Part shown: one piece after another, positions 42,460 through 55,764 of the stretch | How the letters are laid out: each line of letters starts with the position of its first letter | Position numbering within the stretch: the stretch's first letter is position 1 | From: the human T2T-CHM13v2.0 reference genome, Homo sapiens | Direction: 5' to 3' (one strand) | NCBI RefSeq assembly: GCF_009914755.1 | Contig: NC_060932.1 | DNA: 64,000 bases | Translations under genes and position numbers: made by a program | The notes under the pieces: generated by a model | The model's database searches: none | Told to the model about the DNA's origin: nothing | What the model saw: the letters and a program-made list of their open reading frames with translations, nothing else

Positions 42460-44196
42460 TCAGTGATTTGAGATCCAAACTTTATTTTGTCCTAAAGTTT
42501 TTATTTATTTATTTTATTTATTTTTTTATTTTTCTTTATCTGTACTTTATGCCTTTGAACTGCTTGTCTATTTATAAGCCAGTACCACACTGCTTAGGGA
42601 GGCTTTATAGTGTATTTTAATATCTGGTAGATCTATTTCCCTAGTAGCTTTTCTGTTTTATTGTTTTCCGGGATATTCTTGCATGTTTATTTTTATATAT
42701 AAAATGTAATACTGTTTAGCCCCATATAAATGCCTGTTTGCATTTTATTTATTTACATTGTGTTAAATTTACAAATGTATGATGTTGAGTTACACAGTGT
42801 GACAATGATGTCTTTTCAGTTGGTCCAGTTCTACTTTTGTGTCTTGTAAGAGTTTTAAATATTTTCTTATACAAATTGTACACATTTTTAATTAAATTTA
42901 TTGCTAAGTATTTTATCTTTGTTGGTATTGTGAAAGAGGTTTTCTCTAACATATCCCCTTATTGGTAATTGTTGTTGTGAATGAAGACAATTTGTTGGCT
43001 TCTGTATGCTAATTTTATATTCTGCTACATTGCTGGATTATTTTATTATATGAATTAGTTTTCTAATTGATTCTCTAGGGTTCTCCAGGTACCTGATCAT
43101 ATAATCTGCAAACAGAGATAGCTTTACTTATTATTTTCTAATTATTATGTCTCTTATTGTTTTGACTTGTCAGTTACATTGGCTAATAACCTCAGATACA
43201 ATATTGAATAACAGTGGAGATAGTAGGTATCCATGCTTTCTGATTTTTGTGGAAAACTGTGGTGTTTCTTCATTTAGTAAGATCCTGTCTTTAGAACCAA
43301 AATCTTCAAATATGTGTTAACAAAATACCTATCAATTCCTATCTTCCTAAGCTTTAAAAAATCCATTATGGGTGTTAAAGTTTGTCAAATGTTTTTGCAG
43401 TGTCAATAGAAATAATTGTGTGATTTTTCTCCTTAGATATATTAATATTGTGTATTTTTAGTGAATTTCCTAATGTTGAACCAACCTTGCATTCCTGAAA
43501 TAAGTAACTACTTGGTCATGACATATTATTGTCTTAATGTGATGTGGAGTTGTGTTTGTTAATATTTTACTTATATTTACTTATAACTATAAATATTTAT
43601 AAGTATTATAAATATAAATATTTACTACTTTGCACTGATATGGGTAAGGGATATGCTCTTTCTTTTTTAACTGTCAAGATTAGGTATAAATATATACCTG
43701 TTTCATAAAGAGTAGTTACATTTTTAAATGAAATTTTGTTTTCCAAAGTGACCATACACTGTATTATCTGTAGGGCCTAGTTCAGATTATTTCTTATTAG
43801 CTTCATAATATTTTTCTTACATTGACTTCTTCATAACTTTTAAAAAATATTTTAGTTCTAGTCCAGTTAGGACGTTTTCTTGCCTTAATTATCTATTCAG
43901 ACAAAGCAGTCGTATTTTTGACCCTTTATTCTTCCTTCCTCTTCTTCCTAAGCCTCCAGAATGGGTTATCATCAGAGTCTAGAAAGCAGAGTCACACTGA
44001 AAATTTCATCCCAGTTTATAGCAGATAAAGCAGGGCTGGAGCCACTTGCTTATATGCTTGTGTCCAGTTCAAGGCTACACAGGTAGTGCTTTGAAGGCTT
44101 TTGCACCTCAGCCAAGGCAAGAATACTAACTGACTGACTGCACATGTGCCTTTTTCTGTCAAATAATTTGGAGACTAGAGCAGATTATTTTTATAA

Positions 44197-44464
<268 letters not shown>

Positions 44465-44582
44465 TATAATATGTGTTTCTGATTATGACAGTATTGCATA
44501 TTATTTATTGGAAATTTGGAAACTACAAGTTGAAAGTAGAAAATAAAATACTTGCAGTCCTAGCACCCAGAAATAATAAATA

Positions 44583-44802
44583 CAGGTTGAGTATCCCTTA
44601 TCTGGAATGGTTGAGATCAGAAGTGTTTTGGATTTTGGATTTTTTCAAATTCAGAATATTTGCATTATGCTTTAATGGTTAAGCATCCCAAATCTGAAAT
44701 CCAAAATGCTCCATTGAGCATTTCCTTCAAGTTCATGTTGGTGCTCAAAAAGTTTCGAGTTTTAGAGCATTTTGAATTTCAGATTTTCAGATGTGGAACC
44801 TG
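44583..44802 (+). mobile_element. Tigger4a/MER46A-like MITE
   Basis: TA|caggttgagtatcccttatc ... aacctg|TA. Confidence 0.88.
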
Positions 44803-45837
44803 TATTAGCATTTTGATGCAATTTCATCTAGTCTGTTTTCTGTGTGTGTATGTACAGCATTTATATCAGTTCATAGCTATGTAAGTCATATGTATTTAAA
44901 ATCCTTTTTTCCCTCAATTATAGAAGGACTAAATGAGTCCTATCTTTGCAAATCATATTAGACATGATTATCAGTTATGTGCTACTTAATATCATAAGCA
45001 TTTCCTATATCATGAATCATTTTTGAAAAATTTTTAATGGTTGTATAATTTTTGTTTTTACTTTTTCTTGTTTTAAACTTCTGACTTCTGTGAACTAAAG
45101 CACAATTTCTAAGAATACTAGTATGTTGATTCTGAAAGGGGTATATATATTCAAGATATAATTTCTTTTTAATATTGTCATCAGAAAGAGAAATAAGAGG
45201 CTCTCAAGGCTGTTTGAGGGGCAGGGAGAGGGTGATGGGACAAAAGAATATTGAAGAACTAAGCAAAAGAATGTCAGAGTTGCCATAAAACATTAACTGT
45301 GTACCTGTGAGTGTTGGAGAAGAAAAGGGAAGTGCATATGTATTCCAGTTCAGGTGAGGGAAGACACCATGCATACTCAGAGGAGGGGATGGGGAGTCTT
45401 GAGGGGAGGGGGTTTGCCCAGTGCAGGTATAGATGATAGCAAGGGAAACATTCACAGGGGACCAAGGAATATCATTGCAGAAATCCTGGAGGAACACAGT
45501 CTGGGAGACCAGGAACTGATAAGAAGCTGGTGAGGGGCATGGCCCAGTGTTCCAGGAGCAGACAGTGGTTCTTTCCTCCTAGATTTTTCTAGAAGGACCA
45601 GGTTAGGTTTCCCTTTGGGACCAGTATGATAGGCCTTGGGTGACTCTAGGGCACCCTACACCTCTTATCTCCAAAGAAACTGCTATTTTAAATTTGAATT
45701 ATTTTAACTTGATAAAAACCTATTTCTCAATGATAAGAGGTTCAAAGTATAAATTCAGAATTAAGGCCTCCCTGTAGTGCTAATTTTATATTGAAGTATA
45801 ATCCATTCACTTATGGAAATAGCTTGTTATTAGGCCA

Positions 45838-45860
45838 TTCTCTCTCTTCTCTGTCTCTTT

Positions 45861-45921
<61 letters not shown>
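45838..45921. repeat. Pyrimidine microsatellite (TCTG)n(TC)n
   Basis: Direct reading. Confidence 0.95.
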
Positions 45922-45925
<4 letters not shown>

Positions 45926-46153
45926 CAGGTAAGAGAGCTGGAGGCTTAGGACAGAAGGCAAATTTTAGGCACTAATATTGATTTTCTCTTCTTATTCTAA
46001 ACAGTGGTGGGTATATTAAATGTTGCTCAGCAGCCTTAATGGGTAATTAAGCAGGTTATTTTAATTATCTGTGTAGTTGACTTTTTTGAATAAGACATAA
46101 TAAAGGATTAATTATATTCTACATATTTCAAGGATATTGTTTTGTTCTTTCAG

Positions 46154-46268
46154 CTCTTATCTTCATTGTCAGTGGGCATCTATAGAAGATCTGGAAAAAG
46201 ATAAGAGAATTCAGCAAAAAATTAAACGATTTAAGGCAAAGCAGGGCCAGAACAAGTTCCTTTCAGAG
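46154..46268 (+). CDS. CHD7: CHD7 exon 8 (chromodomain 1)
   Basis: ttctttcag|CTCTTA ... TCAGAG|gtacga; 115 nt; (F)[38 protein letters not shown]. Confidence 0.96.
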
Positions 46269-48637
46269 GTACGACATACCTGCTTACTTTTCCAAAGTAT
46301 TTACTTTGTTAAAATGTTCTAAATTTAAAATTTTAGTTCCATGAATTAAGAAAAACTAGTTAGTCTCATTTGGTGCTGTCAACTTGCATATTGGTAACTG
46401 GTTCTTGCTAACAAATTTGTAAACAGGAAATTTCTCATTCTTCCTGTTGCTTAGGCTAGAAGATATGGGTCCTTATGATAGTATGTGGAAATAGCGGTGA
46501 TGGTATGATAAAAATCGTGTAATGAAAGTACAGTTAGCAGATGATGAAATTAAGTAAGTGGACAGAAGTTCTATTGAGATTTAGCAGGTTAAGAAATCTA
46601 CAATGTTAAGTACAAGTTCTAAGATACAAAAGCTTGACTTCTGTTGGGGAAAGTATGTGGCAAATTTCTTTTGTTGAAGTCAATGCCTAATTACAGAGAG
46701 TTCACTAAACTCATTTTCGCAAATGCTGTGCTGTAGTGTAGAAACTGGTAATAATATCTTTGCCTGTGTCCCTTTATCCCAGGTATCAGTATAGAAGTAC
46801 AGCAATACCTAGGGCAGAGAAGAACATCTGCATTTACTAGAAGTGCCAGTTCTGCCCTCTGCCTCCTCAGTATAGTCAATTACATTTTTTAAAAAGTGCT
46901 TTCACAAGCTGCTTACTAGGGTCTCTGGACTTAGGATCGCCAATTTGGTTTCACTTACAGCCTCAAGTAGATAAAAGAAAAACCCTAACATTGAAAGATA
47001 AGACTTGCTGATTTATTAGTTCCTCTTTTCCTAAAAGAGTTGACAGAATGTAGACTTTATGTAAAAGAAGCGTACAATTTGATGCAAAATAGTATCTGTT
47101 TAACAACCTACTTTGTACTGCCACCCCTTTTTGGAGATGAAGGAAAGTGGGACAGAAGAGCACTTAGTACTTTTATGTCATAAAATTCTTATACTATCAG
47201 GTAGCAAGTCTGTGTTCTTCTGGGATCTGATTTCCATGGTCCCAACTGGCCTATGGTAAAGTCCGCATTCAATGGGAGATCATGTGGTTGTTCTTTTACT
47301 GGACACATGTCTGCATCACTACCCCTGGCACTCTGAGTGTGCAGCATTTTTGGCAGTGCAGTGGTTAGGACCGAGTGGAATGGAGTTACTCGAATGTGAC
47401 TCAATTCATAGATCTTGGAGAATATTAAGAAGATTCTTCAGAAGAACTTGGAGGAAAATTCTTTTGAAGAAAGAATCTTAATATTTGATTTTGAGGACAA
47501 TGCTGTGAGATTCTATTTTTCATGCCCTTCTTAATGAAACCAGAGTTAAATTTTTATGACATTGGATGAGCTGAAATCATTAGCCTCCTTTTAGAAAGAG
47601 ACACCCTGTGTTCTGCTGACCTTTTCTGTGGGCCAGGGGGAGGGAGACAGGCAAAAGCGCAATGGTAGCTTTCCCCCCATCCCTAAATCCTGGTCCTGTT
47701 TATTAAGTTTATTTGTATTCTCTCTCCTGTAGTCACACTGTCTTTAGGAAATTGTGCCTAGCCCTAGCTACACATACCAAGGTTGAATGTACATTATTTA
47801 CCTGGTAACTTGGCAGCTAGAAATCTTAGTTTCTGTCCTGAGTGGGAGTTAGCAGAGAAGGATAGCAATCCCCTTCCTCCCTCTCTTTTATACATGAAAG
47901 TGCACACGCCCCCGTTTGTTTCATCCCATACATGATCATGGCTTCAGGTGTTCCATGGCTGTACTGCTTTGAGATTTTCAGTTTCAGCTGCTTTTACATT
48001 CTTTGTTTCTCCTTAGGCTGCCTTACAAGCCTGCTGCAACTAAAAATGTCTATTCAAAAACATCATTTAGACTGGAAATTTCGTCACATGTGTGATGCCG
48101 CAGATTACTCACTTAAAGGGTAGAAATGTGTAGGAAAAGTTAAGGATTTTAATTCAGCACTGACTGTGAAAGCTTATGTTTAAGAACAAGTTTTCCTAAA
48201 GAGAGTTTTTGCCATCCAAACCTAGTTTTGGGAAAGTTTAAGTGTTTCTGCTGTACATGGATAACACGTGTGTTTACCTAAGTCTAGAAGCTTTTGAAAA
48301 GCCAGTGCATTAATACACTAATACTTTATATTAATTGAACATTTCAATGGATTTTTTTTTGCCTTACTAATCTACCTCTGTGTAAAAGCCTGAGATACTT
48401 GAGACATATGTTTGTGTTTCTGCTTTTTGTTTCATAATTCATGGTTCAAAGCTTCCCAACTGGGTATTTTAAGAGGGCCGAATAGCCAGGGAAAGTTTGT
48501 TGTTCTTGAGCAGATGATGACTGAACTGCTTATCTTTTCCACCTGCAATTCAAGGGATAAGAATGGTGTCTAAGTGACTTCTAGTTTACCTTTTGCAAAA
48601 TATTTTAATGCAGTTATGTTATTGATAAGTTAATTGA

Positions 48638-49019
<382 letters not shown>

Positions 49020-49773
49020 TATAACTTTTTTTTGAGTCATATTCTAGTGTTTTATATGAGATACCTTTGCAGGCAGCAGTATTACTTTACTTTTGTAAAG
49101 ATTGTTTAATATATTGGTTAAATGAGCCAATTATTTAGGCTTCATTTCGTTATCCTTAATACTTTTGCCTAAACACACTATATTCAATGTAAATCATTAG
49201 AAAACAGATTAATGATGAGACTGTGATTCTAAATGAGGTACTAATATTGGTTGACAAATACTACCAAACATTATAAACTCTGATCATGCTAAAATATGAA
49301 ATTAGCTGCTTGCAGTGTATTTGGCTTTTGAATAACATTTTGTAGATATGCTATAAGGCATCGGACAACTCCAGGAGTTACAATATTCCAAGTAACACTT
49401 TGCATGACTCTGATTCTTCATTGCAAACTGTAGTTTCGAGAATGCTAAATGCATCGCATGCCATAAGCCTTTTGGATTGCTCATTAGTGAATTGTAATTT
49501 CACACTTCATTTAAAATATTCTTAAACATTCTCTCACAGTAAAAGGTTTCACACGGTAATTAAAAGACCCAGTTAACGAAGTCTGAGAAGTCTGATTTCC
49601 TCATGGGGAGTGATTTTGCTAAATTGTAGCATTTCAATTAATATAATAGAATTTGCCAAATGTAAGTTTTATATTGCTGTGACCCAAAATATTATTGCTT
49701 GGTGAAAAGTGGAATAGTATTTCATCTTGGGAAATAAGTAAACCTTTAACTTTTTTTTTTCCCTTTGGTGTAG

Positions 49774-49857
49774 ATTGAGGATGAGCTTTTTAATCCAGAT
49801 TATGTGGAGGTTGACCGGATAATGGACTTTGCACGTAGCACAGATGACCGGGGAGAG
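49774..49857 (+). CDS. CHD7: CHD7 exon 9 (start of chromodomain 2)
   Basis: ggtgtag|ATTGAG ... GGAGAG|gtaaca; 84 nt; [28 protein letters not shown]. Confidence 0.96.
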
Positions 49858-51276
49858 GTAACAGGAGATCATTTGTATTACAAAGTGGTGATTCAGGCAA
49901 CCCATACATGTTTATAGAGAAGATGGTAGAATCCTAGACCTGGTCTTGGTCAGAGCCTTGGACTGTGACACACTTGGTCTAAATTTAACTGAAACTTAAT
50001 GATTTATTATTAGTTTTATGACTTAATAATAGTGCTAAATATGTTTTATGTTTAGTCTGAGAACTTTTTTAAAAAATTGATTTTCAATATGAAAGAAATA
50101 CATTGACATTTTGCACAATTCCACAATATGATAAAGAATTCAGTACATTTTGGTATAAATCTGTCATGTAGCACAAAGTATCCTTATATAATTGAGTGTC
50201 TCTTGTGGCAGAATGGAGTTTAAGGTTATTTAGAATTGGGCATCATTAGTGAAGTTGATGAATTCATTTAATGTGGTACACAGAGGCTAATAGACATTAT
50301 TTCTCTTAAAAGATCCTAGTCTCAACACTCTTATTTTGCTTTGCAAAACTCTGTAAGATTATAAGGGATATTTGATAGGGAAGTAAGAATGAAGACAAGT
50401 GTAGTGACTTCTGAGTATTGTGTCTTGATAATGATGTGCCCACCCACCATGAATTGTGTCCTTCCTGGCTTCTCCATGTAAATTGAATTTTATATATACA
50501 GTGTTTGGATCTTGCTTTTCTAGGGAGGGTCTGCAAAGAACTCTCATTTTCTTCCAAACTCTGTGTCATGACACTCTATGATGTTTCCAAGACCATATCT
50601 GTAACATGATCTTTACTTTTCTAATTTTCCTTAGTTATACTTCAAAAAATTGTTTCATAGCATATTTACATTGTACAGGAAATATTTTTCACATCACAAC
50701 TAGGTCAGTGTTCCTTGGTCCTGAAATGAAGGTCAACAAACCCAAGTGTTTTCTAGAGGAAAGACAAAGGAAATCCTGTTGATCTGCATTACCTGAAATA
50801 TTTTGCCCTCCACCCTTATAAAGCTCAAATATGTTATTTTAATGTGATTGGACACAAACAGTATCACTCTTTTTAAGGAAAAGGTAGAGATCCTAATAAA
50901 TTTAAGCGTATGTCTCATTTTTTAAGAAACCAGCCAATTATGTAAACATTGAAATATGCTAAGATGATTTACCATGTAAGTCTGAATCAAACTCCTGATG
51001 AAAGATTTGTACAGATAAAAAAAATCTCAAATTCAGCTTTGCTATTTGCTAGCTATTTCTTTATACTTTTTGGCTTTCGAACATCACTTACCAATGATTT
51101 TGATAAAAGGCTAATTTGTTCTGATAATGCCCAATAATACTGTTTCCAGTTTAGACTTGAGACTCTTAACTAGGAACAGCTGTTTATGGCCATAGTTTTT
51201 AAATTTCTGTCAATTCAGACTTACTCATGCTGGGATAATGTCTATTGATAAATGAAGTAGAGCATGCTTTTCCTTA

Positions 51277-51513
51277 ATGTGTATGTAAATATACATGTAT
51301 ATGTATATATGTATATATATAAGCATGTATATACACCTATGTGTATGTATAAGCATATATACACACATACATATGTATAAACATATATATACATATGTAT
51401 ATGTATAAACATATATATACACATACATATATATGTATAAACATATATATACACACATACATATCTATATGTATAAACATATATATACACATATATATGT
51501 ATGTGTATGTATG
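51277..51513. repeat. TA/CA/TG alternating low-complexity repeat with about 30-36 bp higher-order unit
   Basis: atatgtataaacatatatatacac recurs about 4-5 times. Confidence 0.92.
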
Positions 51514-51556
51514 TGGTCAAATGAATCCAATTCTGATTTATTTAAATCTGGTCCAG

Positions 51557-51694
51557 CCTGTGACTCACTATCTGGTGAAGTGGTGTTCACTTCCTTATGA
51601 AGACAGCACGTGGGAGCGGAGGCAGGACATAGATCAAGCAAAGATCGAGGAGTTTGAGAAACTAATGTCCAGGGAGCCGGAAACAGAGCGTGTG
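51557..51694 (+). CDS. CHD7: CHD7 exon 10 (chromodomain 2)
   Basis: ggtccag|CCTGTG ... CGTGTG|gtaaga; 138 nt; [46 protein letters not shown]. Confidence 0.96.
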
Positions 51695-51790
51695 GTAAGA
51701 ATTGGCTGATGGTAGAGAATTTAATTTGAAAATAGCATAGTGGTGTGGTCTTTGGGAAACCACTAATGGGATTTACTATATTTGAAACAG

Positions 51791-51912
51791 GAGCGACCTC
51801 CTGCTGATGATTGGAAGAAATCGGAGAGTTCCAGGGAGTATAAAAACAATAACAAACTCAGGGAATACCAGTTGGAGGGAGTAAACTGGCTACTTTTCAA
51901 TTGGTACAACAT
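51791..51912 (+). CDS. CHD7: CHD7 exon 11 (ATPase Q motif)
   Basis: gaaacag|GAGCGA ... CAACAT|gtatgt; 122 nt; [40 protein letters not shown](M); preceded by a 96-nt intron. Confidence 0.96.
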
Positions 51913-52269
51913 GTATGTAAAACAAGTTTTTCTTCACTTTTAAATATATCTGTAGTTCCTTTCCTTTAGTTATTGAAAATAATAAAAAAGAACTTAATGT
52001 TTTAACTCTAATAAGAGCTTTTTCAAAAAACAAGCATTGAAAATATATGTAATATTTAATAAATATTAATACAGAGATTGATATAAGTGTGTAAAAATAA
52101 TTTTTATTCTTTGAGAATTTTGTTTGAAAATATATTTTGTTGAATCTAAGAGAACATCTAAAGCCTTTGGGTATGCATTTGTGGGTACAATGGTATATAT
52201 TTTGTGAAATGACAGCAGTGTGTCATATCCATACTCATTAAACTTTTGTACTTCATTTTCCTCCTAAAG

Positions 52270-52513
52270 GCGAAACTGCATTTTAGCAGATGAAATGGGT
52301 TTGGGAAAAACTATCCAGTCCATTACATTTCTCTATGAGATATATTTGAAAGGAATCCATGGCCCTTTTTTAGTAATTGCCCCATTGTCCACAATCCCCA
52401 ACTGGGAAAGGGAATTCCGAACCTGGACAGAGTTGAACGTGGTTGTGTATCATGGGAGTCAAGCTAGTCGTCGGACCATTCAGTTGTATGAAATGTACTT
52501 CAAAGATCCCCAG
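52270..52513 (+). CDS. CHD7: CHD7 exon 12 (Walker A/motif I and Ia)
   Basis: cctaaag|GCGAAA ... CCCCAG|gtaaac; 244 nt; [17 protein letters not shown]...[17 protein letters not shown]...YHGS...KDPQ. Confidence 0.97.
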
Positions 52514-53161
52514 GTAAACCTTCACAGGTTGTATTCTTTGTACTTACTCTGTGCATTTTAAGGTGTTAAAAAAAAATCAAAGTCTTGGTGACTTGGGAAG
52601 GTCTAAATTTTGCCAAATTGAGAAATTTGCTTTAGATATCTGACTCAATTTACATTTGTATTATCTTTCTGTGTCTATGAAAACAGCTCTTCATTTTTAT
52701 AGCTTTGGTTTTTCTGATTATTAGATTAGAAGGAATGAAATTTTTTGCCTTGGATGATCACTGAAATCCATTTAATGCTTTGATATGTTAATTAGTTTTA
52801 TTTTGCAAGCCTAAGAGAAAACTAAACAAAAATTGGTAATATTAAATGTGAATAGAAAGAATATTTTATTATGCTATTGCTAGAAGTGAAAAATAGTAAG
52901 CATGTAAAAAGTCCTTGAAATATATGACACATTGAATGAAACACATCCCAAGGGAGGAATTTATGCTTTGGCTGTTAGTAGCAATTGCTTTAATTTTTTT
53001 CTTACTCTAGTTACCTGTATGCCATTAGTGTGTATCAACAGTGAAGTGTTATAAATGACATGATAAGGAAGAATAATATGTACTAAAATAGTTTTATGTT
53101 ATGGGTAGTAAATGGAAGTCCTGTAAATAGGATCTTTGCTATATATATGTTTTTGCTATAT

Positions 53162-53162
<1 letters not shown>

Positions 53163-53207
<45 letters not shown>

Positions 53208-53216
53208 GTGTGTGTG
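53163..53216. repeat. (TAGA)11 tetranucleotide STR followed by (TG)5
   Basis: Direct reading. Confidence 0.95.
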
Positions 53217-53606
53217 CATGTTCTAAGTATAAAATCTGACCTACAATTAAATAACTAAAGGAGAAAAAATATTGAAATCTGTGTTTATCTTTAGATTTGG
53301 GAAATTATTATAAATTCTGTCCTACGTGAATGTGTGACTAGAATGGGTACGCTTAGTGGTAATTGATGCATGTGCTCTGTTAGGAAATTAGATCCAAAAT
53401 TTACTGACAGTTTTCTCATTTGTTTTCCAATTCTGTTTTACCATATCGTTTAAAACTGCCAAAATAACTTGAAAACAGAATGTATGTCACCTAAAATAAA
53501 GAGATCTCCAAAGGGATAAATACGTATGTTTTATGCTATTTATTCATCCTTAAAGTTATTTATGTAACCATTAATGCTTAATAATAATTCAGAGTTGTTC
53601 TTATAG

Positions 53607-53783
53607 GGTCGAGTGATAAAGGGGTCCTATAAGTTTCATGCCATCATCACTACATTTGAGATGATTTTGACTGATTGTCCTGAGCTGCGGAATATTCCAT
53701 GGCGCTGTGTAGTCATTGATGAAGCCCACAGGCTGAAGAACAGGAACTGCAAGCTGTTGGAGGGACTCAAGATGATGGACTTG
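53607..53783 (+). CDS. CHD7: CHD7 exon 13 (DEAH box, motif II)
   Basis: cttatag|GGTCGA ... GACTTG|gtcagt; 177 nt; [21 protein letters not shown]...[28 protein letters not shown]. Confidence 0.97.
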
Positions 53784-54063
53784 GTCAGTGACCATATTGG
53801 TGATTGCACTGAACCTGAATAGAATTGTTGCTGACTTGATAGTCCCGTTGCTCAGAATTTGATGCCTGTAAACAGTATTTGAAAAGCTTGTCAAATATTG
53901 TGATATATTCTCTGGCACTTTCAGTTATTCAAAAGTTGTTGCCTTTTGGATTCTTACATTGTTGGCTAGTGTCTGTTAAACAGTTGTATTATAGCAGAGT
54001 GTAATCATGATAGTTTCACTAAAGTGAGTTTCAAGTATTTGTTTTACCCTTTGTTCATAAATA

Positions 54064-54283
54064 CAGGTTGATCATACCAAATACAAAAATCCCAGAATCC
54101 AAAACGTTTTGAGTACCCACATAATGCTAAAAGGAAATGCTCATTGGAGCATTTTGGATTTTGGATTTTCTCATTTGGGATGTTCAACCCGTAAGTATAA
54201 ATGCAGATATTCCAAAATCTAAAAATATCTGAAATCTGAAACACTCTGGTCCCAAGAATTTTGGATAAGGGATACTTAACCTG
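54064..54283 (-). mobile_element. Tigger4a/MER46A-like MITE
   Basis: TA|caggttgatcatacc ... ataagggatacttaacctg|TA; reverse complement of the copies at 1015 and 44583. Confidence 0.88.
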
Positions 54284-55612
54284 TACTGCCATTTCATTAA
54301 CTGTTGGGCCAAGCTTTACTTCAGTGATGATAGTCCAGTTATTTTTCAGTGCTCATAGGTTTTGCCATACTGTGGCCAGCAGGACTTGTAGATGCAAGTT
54401 CTCAATGAGTTGGGTAGGATATCTGGGGTTGGTTTAGTTCGCACAGATGCTTAGAAGTTTGGGGCATTACAGTGCCTCAGATTTGATCTGGAGTTTTACA
54501 CCACACTTATCCCATAGTCTTCCAGCTTCCCAAGAGATGATCAGGTCTTCCTGATTAGATTTTCTAGATTTTTTTTTCAGCAGGAGCATCATGGAATAAC
54601 ATATCGTAGGAGTAGAAGGATTTGATTTATTTTCTGTCTGATACTGCTGTGTGTGATTTCCTAGTGGGAATTGCAACATGACCTGTCATCCTCAGGCTTC
54701 TTTTCACTCCATAGTTTATATAGTGGTTATGATCACTTATATTTTATTTTTAATGTACATTTGGAAAGCAAAGCTCCTGTCATTTAGCATGCCTTGGATG
54801 ATTTGATGAGTTTCACGGAAGTACAAAAAGGGTTTCAAAGTATTTTTAATGCTAATTTCTGCAGGCTAATTTGATCTTTTGTTAACTGAGAGTTTGAGAT
54901 GAGAAGGAGTGTTCTGTATATTCATGGCCATATGTTTTTAGCTGAAGACTGGTATTACCAAAAAACACCTAAAAGCTTTTTGTTGCAGCTGATTCTCTGA
55001 AAGAGCAGCTTATTTTATTCTTAAAGAGATTAGAATTGCCAGCTATGCTTTTAGTTTAAAACAAACAAAATCTAGTTTTGCTTAAAGGAAAAAGTCTGAC
55101 TGAATTATCCTATTTAGGGTGGGATTTCCCATTTTTCTTCCTAATGAATTATTATTAAAGCGATCCTAAGATCTGTCTCAAAGCAGTTGACTATTATTTG
55201 GTGGCCAATACACAAAACAAGTGAGAGCGCTTAGAAACAGTGAATAGTCTCAGGGACCTTGGTAAGCATATGGAAAAGAGAAACTCTGTGTTTGTATTTG
55301 TTCACTCCAGGTGATACTTAAGCATTAAAATGAAGTAAACTTGTATTTGCAGGTAAACACTAATGCTTGTGATATAACCTAAATATATATTCTCAGTAGG
55401 GATCCACCTTCATAGTTTTCTACTAAGAGACAGTTATGTCACCATTTCCTGAAGGCTTAAACAGTCATCTGACTGAACTTATCTGAGTTGTGTTCTATTA
55501 TTAGTTCATGTGTTCCCAGATAGTAAATTCTTACTGTAAAACATTATTTCATTGGTGAGTACACATTAATTTAACTCCATCAAGATCAAACAATCTGATT
55601 GTCATTGGGCTA

Positions 55613-55764
55613 TTTTTTTTTTTAATTTAAGTTCTAGGGTACATATGCAGAATGTGCAGGTTTGTTACATAGGTATACATGTGCCATGTTGGTTTGCTGC
55701 ACCCATCAACTTATCATTTACATTAGGTATTTCTCCTAATGCTATCCCTCCCCCAGCCCCCCAC
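55613..55764 (-). mobile_element. L1PA (approx. PA7/8) 3'-end stub
   Basis: poly-T, ttaagttctagggtacat..gtttgttacataggtatacatgtgccatg..ccctcccccagcccccca; TSD ttgggctattt. Confidence 0.9.

Noticed and set aside
51225-51556. Tyr/Ile/His/Met-rich ORFs and the apparent N-terminal extension of exon 10
   Set aside because: Artefact of a stop-poor TA/CA repeat; the real acceptor is at 51556.
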